Below, piece by piece: positions 10,725-20,091 of a stretch of 64,000 bases of DNA. Under the pieces are notes generated by a model, which searched no databases, had not been told where the DNA came from, and was given only the letters and a program-made list of their open reading frames with translations. A program made the translations under genes and the position numbers. Each line of letters begins with the position of its first letter. Position 1 is the first letter of the stretch. The stretch is from contig JABLTJ010000003.1 of NCBI GenBank assembly GCA_013166775.1, positions 149,950 through 213,949 of the forward strand, given 5' to 3'. Origin of the DNA: Promethearchaeati archaeon (lineage in GTDB: Archaea > Asgardarchaeota > Heimdallarchaeia > Heimdallarchaeales > Heimdallarchaeaceae).

Positions 10725-11846
10725 CTACTTCTTTTTTCCTACTTCTTTAAAACAATCTTGACAATAAATAGGTTTTCTAGCTTTTGGTTTGAAAGGAATC
10801 ATTATCTCCTTTTTACATGTTCTACAAGTTGTTGTATGCATTCTTTTGTTTGTTCTGTAAGGACCTTTTCTATCACCAAATCTTTCAACAACTTCATCAT
10901 TTTTGATTTGATTTTTCTCTCTTGCTGGTGTGGATTCGGTTTTTGGTTTTCTTGCTAGCTTGAATTCAGTTTTTGGTTTTTTACCTTGAAAACACTCTCT
11001 ACAGTATACTGGTTTGTCTCCTGTGGGTTTGAATGGAACCTGGGTTTCTTTCTTACATTTAGAGCATATAACTGTATGGAGTTGTTTAGATCTACCATCA
11101 GTTCTAGTTCTGCTTCTATCTTCATATCTTGATGATGATCTGTTTGAAGATCGATAATTTGGTTTAGTTCTAGATTGTCTATCTGAACTTCTTGAATCTT
11201 TATATCCATCTTGAGGTTTATGTTTCTGATAACACTCTCTACAATAGACTGGTTTAGCTCCTGTTGGTTTAAAAGGTACTTTAGTTTCTTTCTTACACTC
11301 ACTGCATGTTGTAGTATGTAATTCTCTTGTTCCTCTCTCTGAGTGTTTTCTGTTTCTGTCATCATATCTCCTAGATGACCTGTCAGAAGATCGATAATTT
11401 GGTTTATCTAAAGATCTACTGGCAGAACTTCTTAGTTGTTTGAAACTCTCTGGAGGTTTATGTTTCTGATAACATTCTCTACAGTAGACTGGTTTAACTC
11501 CCGTTGGTTTGAACGGTACTTTAGTTTCCTTCTTACACTCACTACATCTTGTAGTGTGGAGTTCTCTTGTTCCTCTATCCGAATGTCTTCTGTTTCCACC
11601 GTCATATCTGTTGGATGATCTGTCAGAAGATTTGTAATCTGTTTTACTCCTAGAACGACTAGAAGGACGTTTTCTTGATCTAACTACCCCTCTATCTCTA
11701 GAACGATTGTTTGGTTTAGCACCTGATTTAAATTTGGGTTTGTCTCTTGCTATAAAATTAGCTTTTGTCTTAGAACTTCCTCTGCTAGACATTTTTTTTG
11801 CTGATTTGAGATTTTGAGCGTTTCTTCCAGCTCTGTTATTTGACAT
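10725..11846 (-). CDS. Protein with four CxxC-x17-CxxC zinc-ribbon domains and Arg/Ser/Lys-rich linkers
   Basis: Four copies of C..C.....VPFKP....PVYC..C; low-complexity RS/RD-rich spacers. Confidence 0.9.
   Translation of the reverse strand: MSNNRAGRNAQNLKSAKKMSSRGSSKTKANFIARDKPKFKSGAKPNNRSRDRGVVRSRKRPSSRSRSKTDYKSSDRSSNRYDGGNRRHSDRGTRELHTTRCSECKKETKVPFKPTGVKPVYCRECYQKHKPPESFKQLRSSASRSLDKPNYRSSDRSSRRYDDRNRKHSERGTRELHTTTCSECKKETKVPFKPTGAKPVYCRECYQKHKPQDGYKDSRSSDRQSRTKPNYRSSNRSSSRYEDRSRTRTDGRSKQLHTVICSKCKKETQVPFKPTGDKPVYCRECFQGKKPKTEFKLARKPKTESTPAREKNQIKNDEVVERFGDRKGPYRTNKRMHTTTCRTCKKEIMIPFKPKARKPIYCQDCFKEVGKKK
10970..11690. repeat. Intragenic tandem repeat with about 240-bp (80-aa) period
   Basis: GAGGTTTATGTTTCTGATAACA occurs at 11213 and 11453; the NYRSSDRSS and ELHTT units recur. 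Confidence 0.85.
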
Positions 11847-11972
11847 GAGTATTCACTTTTGTTGCAGTATATTGTATAATAGTAAATTCGAAAGATCTGT
11901 TCCAGAATTGAAAAAAGAATTCCAATCAACCTTCACACTTTAATACATATTGTTAATCCGATACTGCACTAA
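11847..11972 (-). promoter_or_regulatory. Putative structured 5' leader of the zinc-ribbon gene
   Basis: TGCAGTAT (11863-11870) and ATACTGCA (11961-11968) can form a closing stem; TATA-like TTTAAAAG on the minus strand at 11998-11991. Confidence 0.45.
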
Positions 11973-12115
11973 GCTCAAACCTTTTGCTTACTTTTAAATC
12001 CGACGATTTAAGTTCGGAATCTGATAAGTTGATTTCATCTTGACTTTTTTAAGTTGCTATTTTAATCTCAAAGTAAAATTATATGAAGATAAGTTTAAAA
12101 CTATGACATCTTTTT

Positions 12116-13048
12116 TTGCCTATGAGTTTCAAGTTCAAAGATTACAAACATGAAGAAGATTTTACAAGAATAAGAGATTTTCTTATTCATTCTTATAAAA
12201 AAATTGGCAAACCTTCTAATTGGACTTTAGAGAGATGGAATTATGCTTTCTTCTTCATTCGTGATATGTTTGGAATAACCTTACAGGAATGGGAGAAATC
12301 TATCGGTATCTGGGAAGATGAGGGGGGTACAATAGTTTCTATAGTTAATGCTGAAGGATTAAACAGGGGAGAAGCTTTCTTCCAACTGAAACCAGAAGAT
12401 TATGATGTTTTGCTTTTGAAGGAAATGTTTACTTTTGCAGAAGAGAATCTAATTCTTGAGGATGATGACAAATACATCTTGAAACTACGAATTCGCGATA
12501 AAGATGTATCTATAGAGGAAATTGCGAAGGAGAGGGGATATTTCAAAAACGAGAAAGCATCGGAAACCACTTCTATAATCTCACTTGACAGAGATTTTTC
12601 TTATCCTGATCTCCCAGAAGGATATTCTATTAGAAGTATGGCGGATAAAAATGATGTAGAAAAACGAACCATTGTTTTTGCTAAAGCATTTGGAAATTAT
12701 GGTACAAAAGATGAGGTACAACCTAGTTCGTATCATGAACTTCAGAAAGCAATTGATTACAGAAAAGACCTAGATATATACATTGAATCTCCAGAAGGAG
12801 AATTTGTATCTTTTTGTTTAATTTGGTATGATGAGAAAAATAAAATTGGGATTTTGGAACCAGTAGGAACAGATCCTGACTATAGGCGAAAGGGTTTTGC
12901 TAAAGCAACTAACTATGAAGCAATTAAACGAGTAAAAGAGGAAGGAGCAGAAAAAGTCTATGTTGGTGATGGACAACAATTCTATATGTCAATAGGTTTC
13001 AAAAAGCAATCAGTCAGCAATATTTGGATTAAGGAGATAAAGAAGTAG
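12116..13048 (+). CDS. GNAT family N-acetyltransferase (two-domain)
   Basis: EPVGTDPDYRRKGFAKA and FYMSIGF motifs. Confidence 0.88.
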   Translation: MPMSFKFKDYKHEEDFTRIRDFLIHSYKKIGKPSNWTLERWNYAFFFIRDMFGITLQEWEKSIGIWEDEGGTIVSIVNAEGLNRGEAFFQLKPEDYDVLLLKEMFTFAEENLILEDDDKYILKLRIRDKDVSIEEIAKERGYFKNEKASETTSIISLDRDFSYPDLPEGYSIRSMADKNDVEKRTIVFAKAFGNYGTKDEVQPSSYHELQKAIDYRKDLDIYIESPEGEFVSFCLIWYDEKNKIGILEPVGTDPDYRRKGFAKATNYEAIKRVKEEGAEKVYVGDGQQFYMSIGFKKQSVSNIWIKEIKK

Positions 13049-13075
13049 AAGATAAAGGATTTCAATTTTTCATTT

Positions 13076-14698
13076 TCATTTATTGATTTTTCTCCTTTTT
13101 AGAATTCTAATGAAGACAAATGCACCAACAAACAGTGTTATTAAAGTAGCACCAAAAGAACCTATCCAGACCCATTGTCTTATTCCATGACCAGGTTCAA
13201 CGTCTAAAGTAAGATTCTCAACATAAACATTCATATTTAGTTCATCGGATGTAAGGTTATATCCTGCTCTAACTAGCTCGTCTTTTGATTTGTTTAACCA
13301 TATACCAAAAGCTTCTGTTAATCCTGTTGTGACAGAGCTGTCAGGATCTAATGAATATGAGTCAATATGACCAATCAGCTCAGATGTCTGAAGTAAAACA
13401 TTTTTAGCAGACCAGTAATCTAAAGCTACAGGATCAACACCTGCTATCAATATGTTAACTCTTGTTGCCATATTATAACTAGTTCCTGGTCCTACAGTAA
13501 CAGAAGATTCTGGATTCGCATTGACCCATATTGCATCAATTATGTTGAGTGTTGGAAGACCACACTCTACCATTAACGTACCCATTCCACCTGTAGCTAC
13601 TTTATCATGACCGTTTGCTAGAGCTTCTGTTTGAACCCCCATATAATTTTTCAGAGTAGCAGTTACTCCATAAATACTATGAGATTTCAAAACTGGTAAG
13701 TTGATTACCTTAAGATTATGTATGTATTCTGCATCATTCCAGATACCTTGTTTGAAACTTATTTTTGTACCATAATCAGTCTCGAATTTAGGATAAGAAA
13801 CATATATCTCTGTTTCTGGATCTTCATCATCATAAACAATATATCCATTTTCCATATCTCCTTCTGAATACTCTTGAACTTCATTTCCTCGAATGTTATC
13901 CCATAAAAATGTAGAAACATCATAAGTTAGAGCAAAACTATCAACAACTTCTTGAGCTGATTGTTCCTTATCTTCAGAATTGGTTTTGCCAAAGTTCATA
14001 CTCCCTCTCCCTTGACCATTGTCTGCAACTACTATTTCTCCATCAAAACCATCAGGATGATCAATGATAGCTTGAATGAGTTCTTTCAAGAAATCAGTAT
14101 TCGTTCCCCCACGCTGAGACCATTGACAATTTGTCTTCAATAAAACAACATCTGTTGCTGAAATCAATCCATCTGGTCCTTGATTTACTCCTGAAATTGT
14201 TGATTGATAAAATGAGAAATTTTGCGATCCCATCAGATTAATTAAATCAGTAACATGAGCCACTTCTGGACCATTTACAACAAATATCTCTGAAACAGTT
14301 TCTGATTCAGAAGCTCTAGGCAGTATTTCTAAAGTAACCTCCTGGGGTGAGAATGCAGAATTCAGTATTACTCCAGTTGAAACTGTTGATACGGTTAGCA
14401 TAATAATAATAGCTGCTTTGCCATATGAAAACCAAGTTTTTACTTTCAACCAAATAATGCTTAGTGAAAAAAGTGGGATGATTGCACCAATGCTTATTGA
14501 AACATTCTTTAGAGCATCTTGTTGACAAGGATAAATAATACGACGTGGTTTGGTTCCAGTACGGAAAATAAACCAAAGTAGATTGAGAAGACCGAAAATT
14601 AGTAGATTTTTCCGATATTTTTTCTTCTTTGAGAGGTTATCTTCAAGGTGAAGGTCAAAACTAGGGATTTTCATCGATAAAATGAGTTGTATAAACAT
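13076..14698 (-). CDS. DUF362 domain protein with N- and C-terminal TM helices (true start probably slightly downstream)
   Basis: DVVLLKTN, INLPVLKSH..YGVTATLKNYMG and DPVALD motifs; hydrophobic termini. Confidence 0.8.
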   Translation of the reverse strand: MFIQLILSMKIPSFDLHLEDNLSKKKKYRKNLLIFGLLNLLWFIFRTGTKPRRIIYPCQQDALKNVSISIGAIIPLFSLSIIWLKVKTWFSYGKAAIIIMLTVSTVSTGVILNSAFSPQEVTLEILPRASESETVSEIFVVNGPEVAHVTDLINLMGSQNFSFYQSTISGVNQGPDGLISATDVVLLKTNCQWSQRGGTNTDFLKELIQAIIDHPDGFDGEIVVADNGQGRGSMNFGKTNSEDKEQSAQEVVDSFALTYDVSTFLWDNIRGNEVQEYSEGDMENGYIVYDDEDPETEIYVSYPKFETDYGTKISFKQGIWNDAEYIHNLKVINLPVLKSHSIYGVTATLKNYMGVQTEALANGHDKVATGGMGTLMVECGLPTLNIIDAIWVNANPESSVTVGPGTSYNMATRVNILIAGVDPVALDYWSAKNVLLQTSELIGHIDSYSLDPDSSVTTGLTEAFGIWLNKSKDELVRAGYNLTSDELNMNVYVENLTLDVEPGHGIRQWVWIGSFGATLITLFVGAFVFIRILKRRKINK

Positions 14699-14731
14699 TT
14701 CTAAATGTTTTGCTGTGCAAATTTATGCACA
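14693..14731. promoter_or_regulatory. Two adjacent palindromes at the DUF362 promoter
   Basis: AAACATTT-CT-AAATGTTT (14693-14710) and TGTGCA-N6-TGCACA (14714-14731), next to TTTATACA on the minus strand. Confidence 0.45.
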
Positions 14732-14771
14732 ATCAAGGAAAAAAAAGAAAAGAATAGAATTGGAATGAATC

Positions 14772-15890
14772 TCAAAATGCTATTCTCTTATCTGGGAAAG
14801 TAACTTCATATTTATGCTTCTTAGTTTCATCATCTAATGAAAACAAGTACCAATCATTGTGAGTGGGTGGTCCAAAACAAACCTCGATTTCTTTTTCCAT
14901 AACATCGAAGATAACAGACCATAAAGTTCCAAAATTATCTGTATACCAGTGACAGGTTAATCCATCAGGAAATTCTTTAGATAAAATGTCTCTAAAATTA
15001 TTCTTAGTTAATTTTGGAGAATTGTTTTTGAAAGCTGTTTCTATTATCTTATACCTTTGTTTTGAATTAGGTAGGAGCCAAGGATTGTTGTATTTGTTGT
15101 TTTCCTCGTTTTCTTCGAGATTATAATGATTCGTTGAAATAATGTATTTTTTATCGGAATCATTATCGAATTTCCGCTTATTGAAAATACTGTCTAGACT
15201 TTCAAGATATGCTGCATTTCCTTTATTGTCTGTCAAGATGAAGTTATTTGTCCCTTCAATAGGAATGCTTTCAAGTCTGTCCAAAGCTTCACTAACATTC
15301 TTACAATTATCTAGTAAAACTCGAACTGCTAAAGCCCAGTTAACTCCTTTATTCTTTCTAGGAGCACCCCATGCACCTCCAGAAGAAGCAGTTACACAGA
15401 GACCTTCCTCATTCAATCCTTCGAAGCGACCAAAAATCATTCCTGCGAAGCCCAGGTGTTTGTATTTTCCTTTAGCTTTTGTGGTTCGAAGTTGTAAATC
15501 TTCTTCTAAATGATTCCATTCATAGCTTCTACCTGCAAATGTGTGACCATTCTCTGTGAAAGGAGGAAGTGCAACCATTTGACTGCAGTTATTCTGTATT
15601 GAAGTTGGGAAATCATAAATACATATTCTTTCCAAATCCACTCCAAGAACCTCAGCAAATCCCTGTGTTTCATCACTAAAACCTGGACAATGTTCATCAA
15701 AGAAATCATATACATCCTCGAAATTTGAAAATAACGACTTTTTCGCATCGAATTTTCCTGACGTATAAAATTTGGTCATGTGATCATATTTTTTAATAAT
15801 CTCACCTTGTTTTTTTCCTATTTCATAGTGAGTACCTACTAGATTGTGGTGCTCAAAGATAGTTTTGTTTATTGTGTATTTTTCATTCAT
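14772..15890 (-). CDS. C45 family autoproteolytic acyltransferase/hydrolase (Ntn fold)
   Basis: G.HYEIGKKQG; NN-CS nucleophile; GRSYEW, EGLNEEGL and TNHY motifs. Confidence 0.88.
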   Translation of the reverse strand: MNEKYTINKTIFEHHNLVGTHYEIGKKQGEIIKKYDHMTKFYTSGKFDAKKSLFSNFEDVYDFFDEHCPGFSDETQGFAEVLGVDLERICIYDFPTSIQNNCSQMVALPPFTENGHTFAGRSYEWNHLEEDLQLRTTKAKGKYKHLGFAGMIFGRFEGLNEEGLCVTASSGGAWGAPRKNKGVNWALAVRVLLDNCKNVSEALDRLESIPIEGTNNFILTDNKGNAAYLESLDSIFNKRKFDNDSDKKYIISTNHYNLEENEENNKYNNPWLLPNSKQRYKIIETAFKNNSPKLTKNNFRDILSKEFPDGLTCHWYTDNFGTLWSVIFDVMEKEIEVCFGPPTHNDWYLFSLDDETKKHKYEVTFPDKRIAF

Positions 15891-16250
15891 TTTTGAACCT
15901 CTCTTGATTCTAATAAAAACAGGAGTTTTGGACGTTTATATCGTTTGGTGTCCTATTTTTAATTTCATTCAGAGAGATTTAAATTGTTATTTAATACGCC
16001 TTACATTTTCTCGATTTTTCGTGTGAAAAAATTGTCACATTTATTTAATTTCATCTACAGAAATTTACATTGAATTTAAATATGCCTTACTTGAAAATAT
16101 AGGGCCCAGAGAGATTTCTATTTAAACGATTATTGAAAGTTTACGAATTTCTCTCACATTTTGAATACTATTTTTTCAGTTTCAAATGCAGAAATCAATG
16201 CATGTAAGATTTGTGATTTGTTTTTTAAAAAAAAAAGAAAATGGTTTTTG

Positions 16251-18293
16251 TTACTTGTTATTTTTCTTCTTTTTAGATACAAGGAAATGTGTTGTTAGGA
16301 TAAGTATCGGTAGGAATATGAAATAATGAATTGATCCAAACTCTGGAACAACTGGATTGACAGTTACAGTCACAGCATCTTGTGCAGTATTTCCTGCAAG
16401 ATCAGTAACTACTATCAAATAAACGTATGTTCCTTCAGCTAAACCATCAACAGTTATTTCTATTGGAGTATCAGAGTTCCACGTATCAGTATAGTCCTCT
16501 ACACTGTCTATATAGATGGTATAAGTTCCTGGATGCGTATCTGTAACATCCCAGCTTATGATATTACCTGTTTCTCCTATAATATAATCAAAATCTGCAA
16601 CATCGGACACATAGGGATTGCGAAAATCAATGGTTGTTTCTATAAGATTTACTTCCATTTGACCAGGTACTTTAAAGTAATACATGATATTTGAGCCTTG
16701 TTCACTATATATAACAGTTGTAGTATCCATATACTGTAATGTCCAGATATCTGTATAGCTCCAGGATTTACTTCCGTTAACCGCCAGAATTTCAAACCAT
16801 TCAGTCATCACTGTTTTATCTCCAACTTGGGGGTTAGGTAATAAGCCAATGAAGGGGAAGAAATGTTTTGATAGAAATTGAGTTGTTGAATCTACTGAAA
16901 CATAACCATTTAGCACATTAATCACAATATTATATTCTAGATGCATAGGAACAACATCATATATATGCATAATAACTGCAGTGTTCATTTCAAAAGGAGA
17001 AAGCCAATTAGTAAATGTACAGTTATAATCAATTTCTTGTGCCTCAGTTAAAATATCATATTTATAATTTAAAATGTCACCTTCCTTGAGATCAACCATA
17101 GGAATAACGTTAATAGAATTAATATCAACAGAATCAGAAGCAGTAGACATATCAAGCCAGTAAGCTTCTAATTCGATAGTATTTGTTCCATTTCCAAAAA
17201 CAGGGACAAAAAATTCTGATTGGAAAGGTGGACCACCATCTACAATAAATGTTGTTATAAGAACTGTATTGACATTTACTTCAATGTAATTTAAGTTAAG
17301 TATATCATTTGCATCGCAACTAACGAGAACCAATCCTCCTTCAATAGTTTCACTATCAGAAGGAGAGAGGATGTCAATTGCATGAACAATCGGATCTAGA
17401 TAGAGATCCAACTGTTCTGTGTCTCCATCAGTTACAATCGTTACAGTATCTTCTTCCGTTTCATAACCAGTCATTGAAGCTTCAACATAATATGTGTCAG
17501 CACCAAATCCTGAGAAAATGTAGTATCCATCGCTAGCTGTAAAATAGACATCTATTTGGTCATCATATTCGGTGAGTAAACGAACCCATGCTCCTTCTAT
17601 AGGATCTGAAGTACCAAAAGTATAGATATAACCTTCAATTTCACTGGTTCCAACAACATAACCAGGATTGAGATAGAGATCCAACTGTTCTGTATCTCCA
17701 TCAGTTACAATCGTAACATAATCACTGTTCGAAAAATACTCCAGCATAGATCCTTCAACATAATATGTACCAGCACCGAGCTCGATGAATGAGTAGAGAC
17801 CATCACTATCTGTAAGTCCTTCTGTTATAAAATAACCTACATCATTGGATAATTGAACTACTGCTCCTTCTATCGGATTTGAAGTGGCAAAATCATAGAT
17901 GTAAACATTAATGGAACCGGTTCCTGGTGTGTAAACTAGATCAAGGTAGAACTCGATAATTTCATCTCCATCATCAATAATTGAAACAGGTGCGGAATCA
18001 TAATAATAACCATCAGCGTAAACTTCAACATAGTAATCGCCATCACTTAGAGCGGTGAATTCGAAGAATCCATCAATATCAGTAATACCTTCAGAAATAT
18101 ACATCATGAAATCCTCATAGAGTATAACAGATGCTCCTTCTATAGGATCACTAGTAAGTGAATCATAGACATAGACTTCGATGGAAGCTGATTGAGCCTT
18201 CACTAATAAAGAAGGGGAAAACATTGTTGCCATTATTCCAAGTAACAAAATAGATAAAATAAATCCAAAAAGGAATTTTTTACTTTTATTCAT
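16251..18293 (-). CDS. Cell-surface protein with three carboxypeptidase-regulatory-like (Cna-B-type) repeats, Ig-like domains and a PEF-CTERM-like tail
   Basis: Three PIEGA.V.L...TD.DG.Y.F..L..G.YYVE repeats; VVPEFGS followed by a TM helix and KKKK. Confidence 0.85.
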   Translation of the reverse strand: MNKSKKFLFGFILSILLLGIMATMFSPSLLVKAQSASIEVYVYDSLTSDPIEGASVILYEDFMMYISEGITDIDGFFEFTALSDGDYYVEVYADGYYYDSAPVSIIDDGDEIIEFYLDLVYTPGTGSINVYIYDFATSNPIEGAVVQLSNDVGYFITEGLTDSDGLYSFIELGAGTYYVEGSMLEYFSNSDYVTIVTDGDTEQLDLYLNPGYVVGTSEIEGYIYTFGTSDPIEGAWVRLLTEYDDQIDVYFTASDGYYIFSGFGADTYYVEASMTGYETEEDTVTIVTDGDTEQLDLYLDPIVHAIDILSPSDSETIEGGLVLVSCDANDILNLNYIEVNVNTVLITTFIVDGGPPFQSEFFVPVFGNGTNTIELEAYWLDMSTASDSVDINSINVIPMVDLKEGDILNYKYDILTEAQEIDYNCTFTNWLSPFEMNTAVIMHIYDVVPMHLEYNIVINVLNGYVSVDSTTQFLSKHFFPFIGLLPNPQVGDKTVMTEWFEILAVNGSKSWSYTDIWTLQYMDTTTVIYSEQGSNIMYYFKVPGQMEVNLIETTIDFRNPYVSDVADFDYIIGETGNIISWDVTDTHPGTYTIYIDSVEDYTDTWNSDTPIEITVDGLAEGTYVYLIVVTDLAGNTAQDAVTVTVNPVVPEFGSIHYFIFLPILILTTHFLVSKKKKNNK
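17398..17714. repeat. 44-bp near-identical direct repeat within the surface protein (17398-17441 and 17671-17714)
   Basis: AGATAGAGATCCAACTGTTCTGT(G/A)TCTCCATCAGTTACAATCGT; one mismatch; 273-bp spacing. Confidence 0.9.
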
Positions 18294-18453
18294 TTCAATA
18301 ACATCATTGTTATTTTGATAAATTTACAAAAAAATTCATCGATAAACAGTTTATATGTTGTTGATAAAGGTTTCTCCTAATATTATATACTAACATACAC
18401 TTATTGTACGAATCTTTTATTTATATTAACTATTTGTAAATTAAATAGATTTT

Positions 18454-19662
18454 CTAAATTGAAGATAATACTTTAAGCATTTTTTTCTTTAAAATTTTAA
18501 TTTCTTCCTCTTTTATTGTTAATGGAGGTAGGAGTCTGATTAACTCTTTTTGAGTACTGTATCCAATAATAATTCCTTCTTGCAATAATTTGTTTTTAAT
18601 GGTGTAAATGATCTCTTCAGTAGTCATATTACTACTTGATTTAATTTGAATTGCAAAAATCATACCGAATGATCTTACCTCTTTTATGCAAGGATGAGTA
18701 AGCGATCGGAAGAAGGAATCGAGAAGATTGATTTTCGATTGGATATTCTCTAATATCTTTTCCTCTGCAAAAACATCAATAACTGAGTTCACTATTGCAG
18801 CACCAAGCGGATCTAATTGATGAGACTGAGCATAGTAGAGCTCTGAAGAGGAACATTTTGTTTCAAATTGAGACTGTGTGATGACTGCACTAACAGGATA
18901 CCCATTTCCTAATGCTTTTCCTAAGACTATCACATCAGGAGTAATTTCAAAGATTTCGTAGCCAAACTTTTTTCCTGTTCTACCAAATCCTGTGGTAACC
19001 TCATCAATAACTACAAGTCCTCCAACATTTTTTGTTTTCTCACAGATGTATTGAATAAAACTTGCACATGGTTTAAAAATACCTCCGCTAACCATAATTG
19101 GTTCTAGAACAAAACAAGCGATTTCATCTTTGTTTGTTTTGAAAATAAAGTCAATTGATTCTTTGTGTTTTTCTAAACAATCGCAATCAGTTTTATCACA
19201 TATAGGATATCTAATTTTCAGCTTAGATTGTTTAGAAGAAGTGAAAGAAGATTCTTTTGATTGACCATAAGCACCAAGATAGGAATCTTGTAGAGATAAA
19301 ACTTTTTCTCTCTTTGTTACTTTCTTAGCAAAACTAATACTAAATTCCATTGCTTCGCTTCCACTGTTTAAGAAAGTTATCTTATCGTAATCGTTTGGAA
19401 GGAAGTTAAGTAATCTCTCTGCAGCTTCAAGAGTTGCGGGAGTAAGAAACATCTTGTTTCGGTGCCAAATTTTATCTGCTTGATCTTTTATTGCTTCAAC
19501 TGTTTTAGGGTGATTATGACCTAAATTAACACACCACATTCCTGATTCGCAATCAAGATACTTTTTGCCATTTGTGTCCCAAACCCATGATCCTACAGCT
19601 TTATGTAACAATAATGATTCAAATTCATTTGTTTTTAGAATGTGAGATTGCATCTTAGACAA
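18454..19662 (-). CDS. Class III (ornithine/acetylornithine-type) PLP aminotransferase
   Basis: GKKYLD, NSGSEA, DEVTTGFGRTG and LGKALGNG motifs. Confidence 0.92.
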   Translation of the reverse strand: MSKMQSHILKTNEFESLLLHKAVGSWVWDTNGKKYLDCESGMWCVNLGHNHPKTVEAIKDQADKIWHRNKMFLTPATLEAAERLLNFLPNDYDKITFLNSGSEAMEFSISFAKKVTKREKVLSLQDSYLGAYGQSKESSFTSSKQSKLKIRYPICDKTDCDCLEKHKESIDFIFKTNKDEIACFVLEPIMVSGGIFKPCASFIQYICEKTKNVGGLVVIDEVTTGFGRTGKKFGYEIFEITPDVIVLGKALGNGYPVSAVITQSQFETKCSSSELYYAQSHQLDPLGAAIVNSVIDVFAEEKILENIQSKINLLDSFFRSLTHPCIKEVRSFGMIFAIQIKSSSNMTTEEIIYTIKNKLLQEGIIIGYSTQKELIRLLPPLTIKEEEIKILKKKMLKVLSSI

Positions 19663-20091
19663 ATATGTATCTATTAGAATTTTAATTAATTTATCTGAAT
19701 GTATATGCTCTCAAACTGTTATTATTACTCATATTAAATTTTGTTCTGAATTCAATCGTTTCTTAAGTTAGAGATTATATCAGTGAGACTTAGATTGTAT
19801 GTGCTCTGAAAAATTTCATAATTTTTAATCATATCACTTGATGAGATAACAATCTCACAAAAAGAGAAACGTATATAAATGCCAGTTGAGCTACTAGCTA
19901 AAATCTATGAAATAAAGAACTGAAAATAGAATAGATTGATACATTGGTATAAAATAGGGATGCAGTCTAAGGAAATTCAGAACAATAATTTGGTACATCT
20001 AGAATCAGAAGTTTAGTGTTTTTCTTGCATTCCTACTTTATATATCAATGTCTAATAAGTCATTAAGTAAGAAAAATCATGAGTAGATTAT

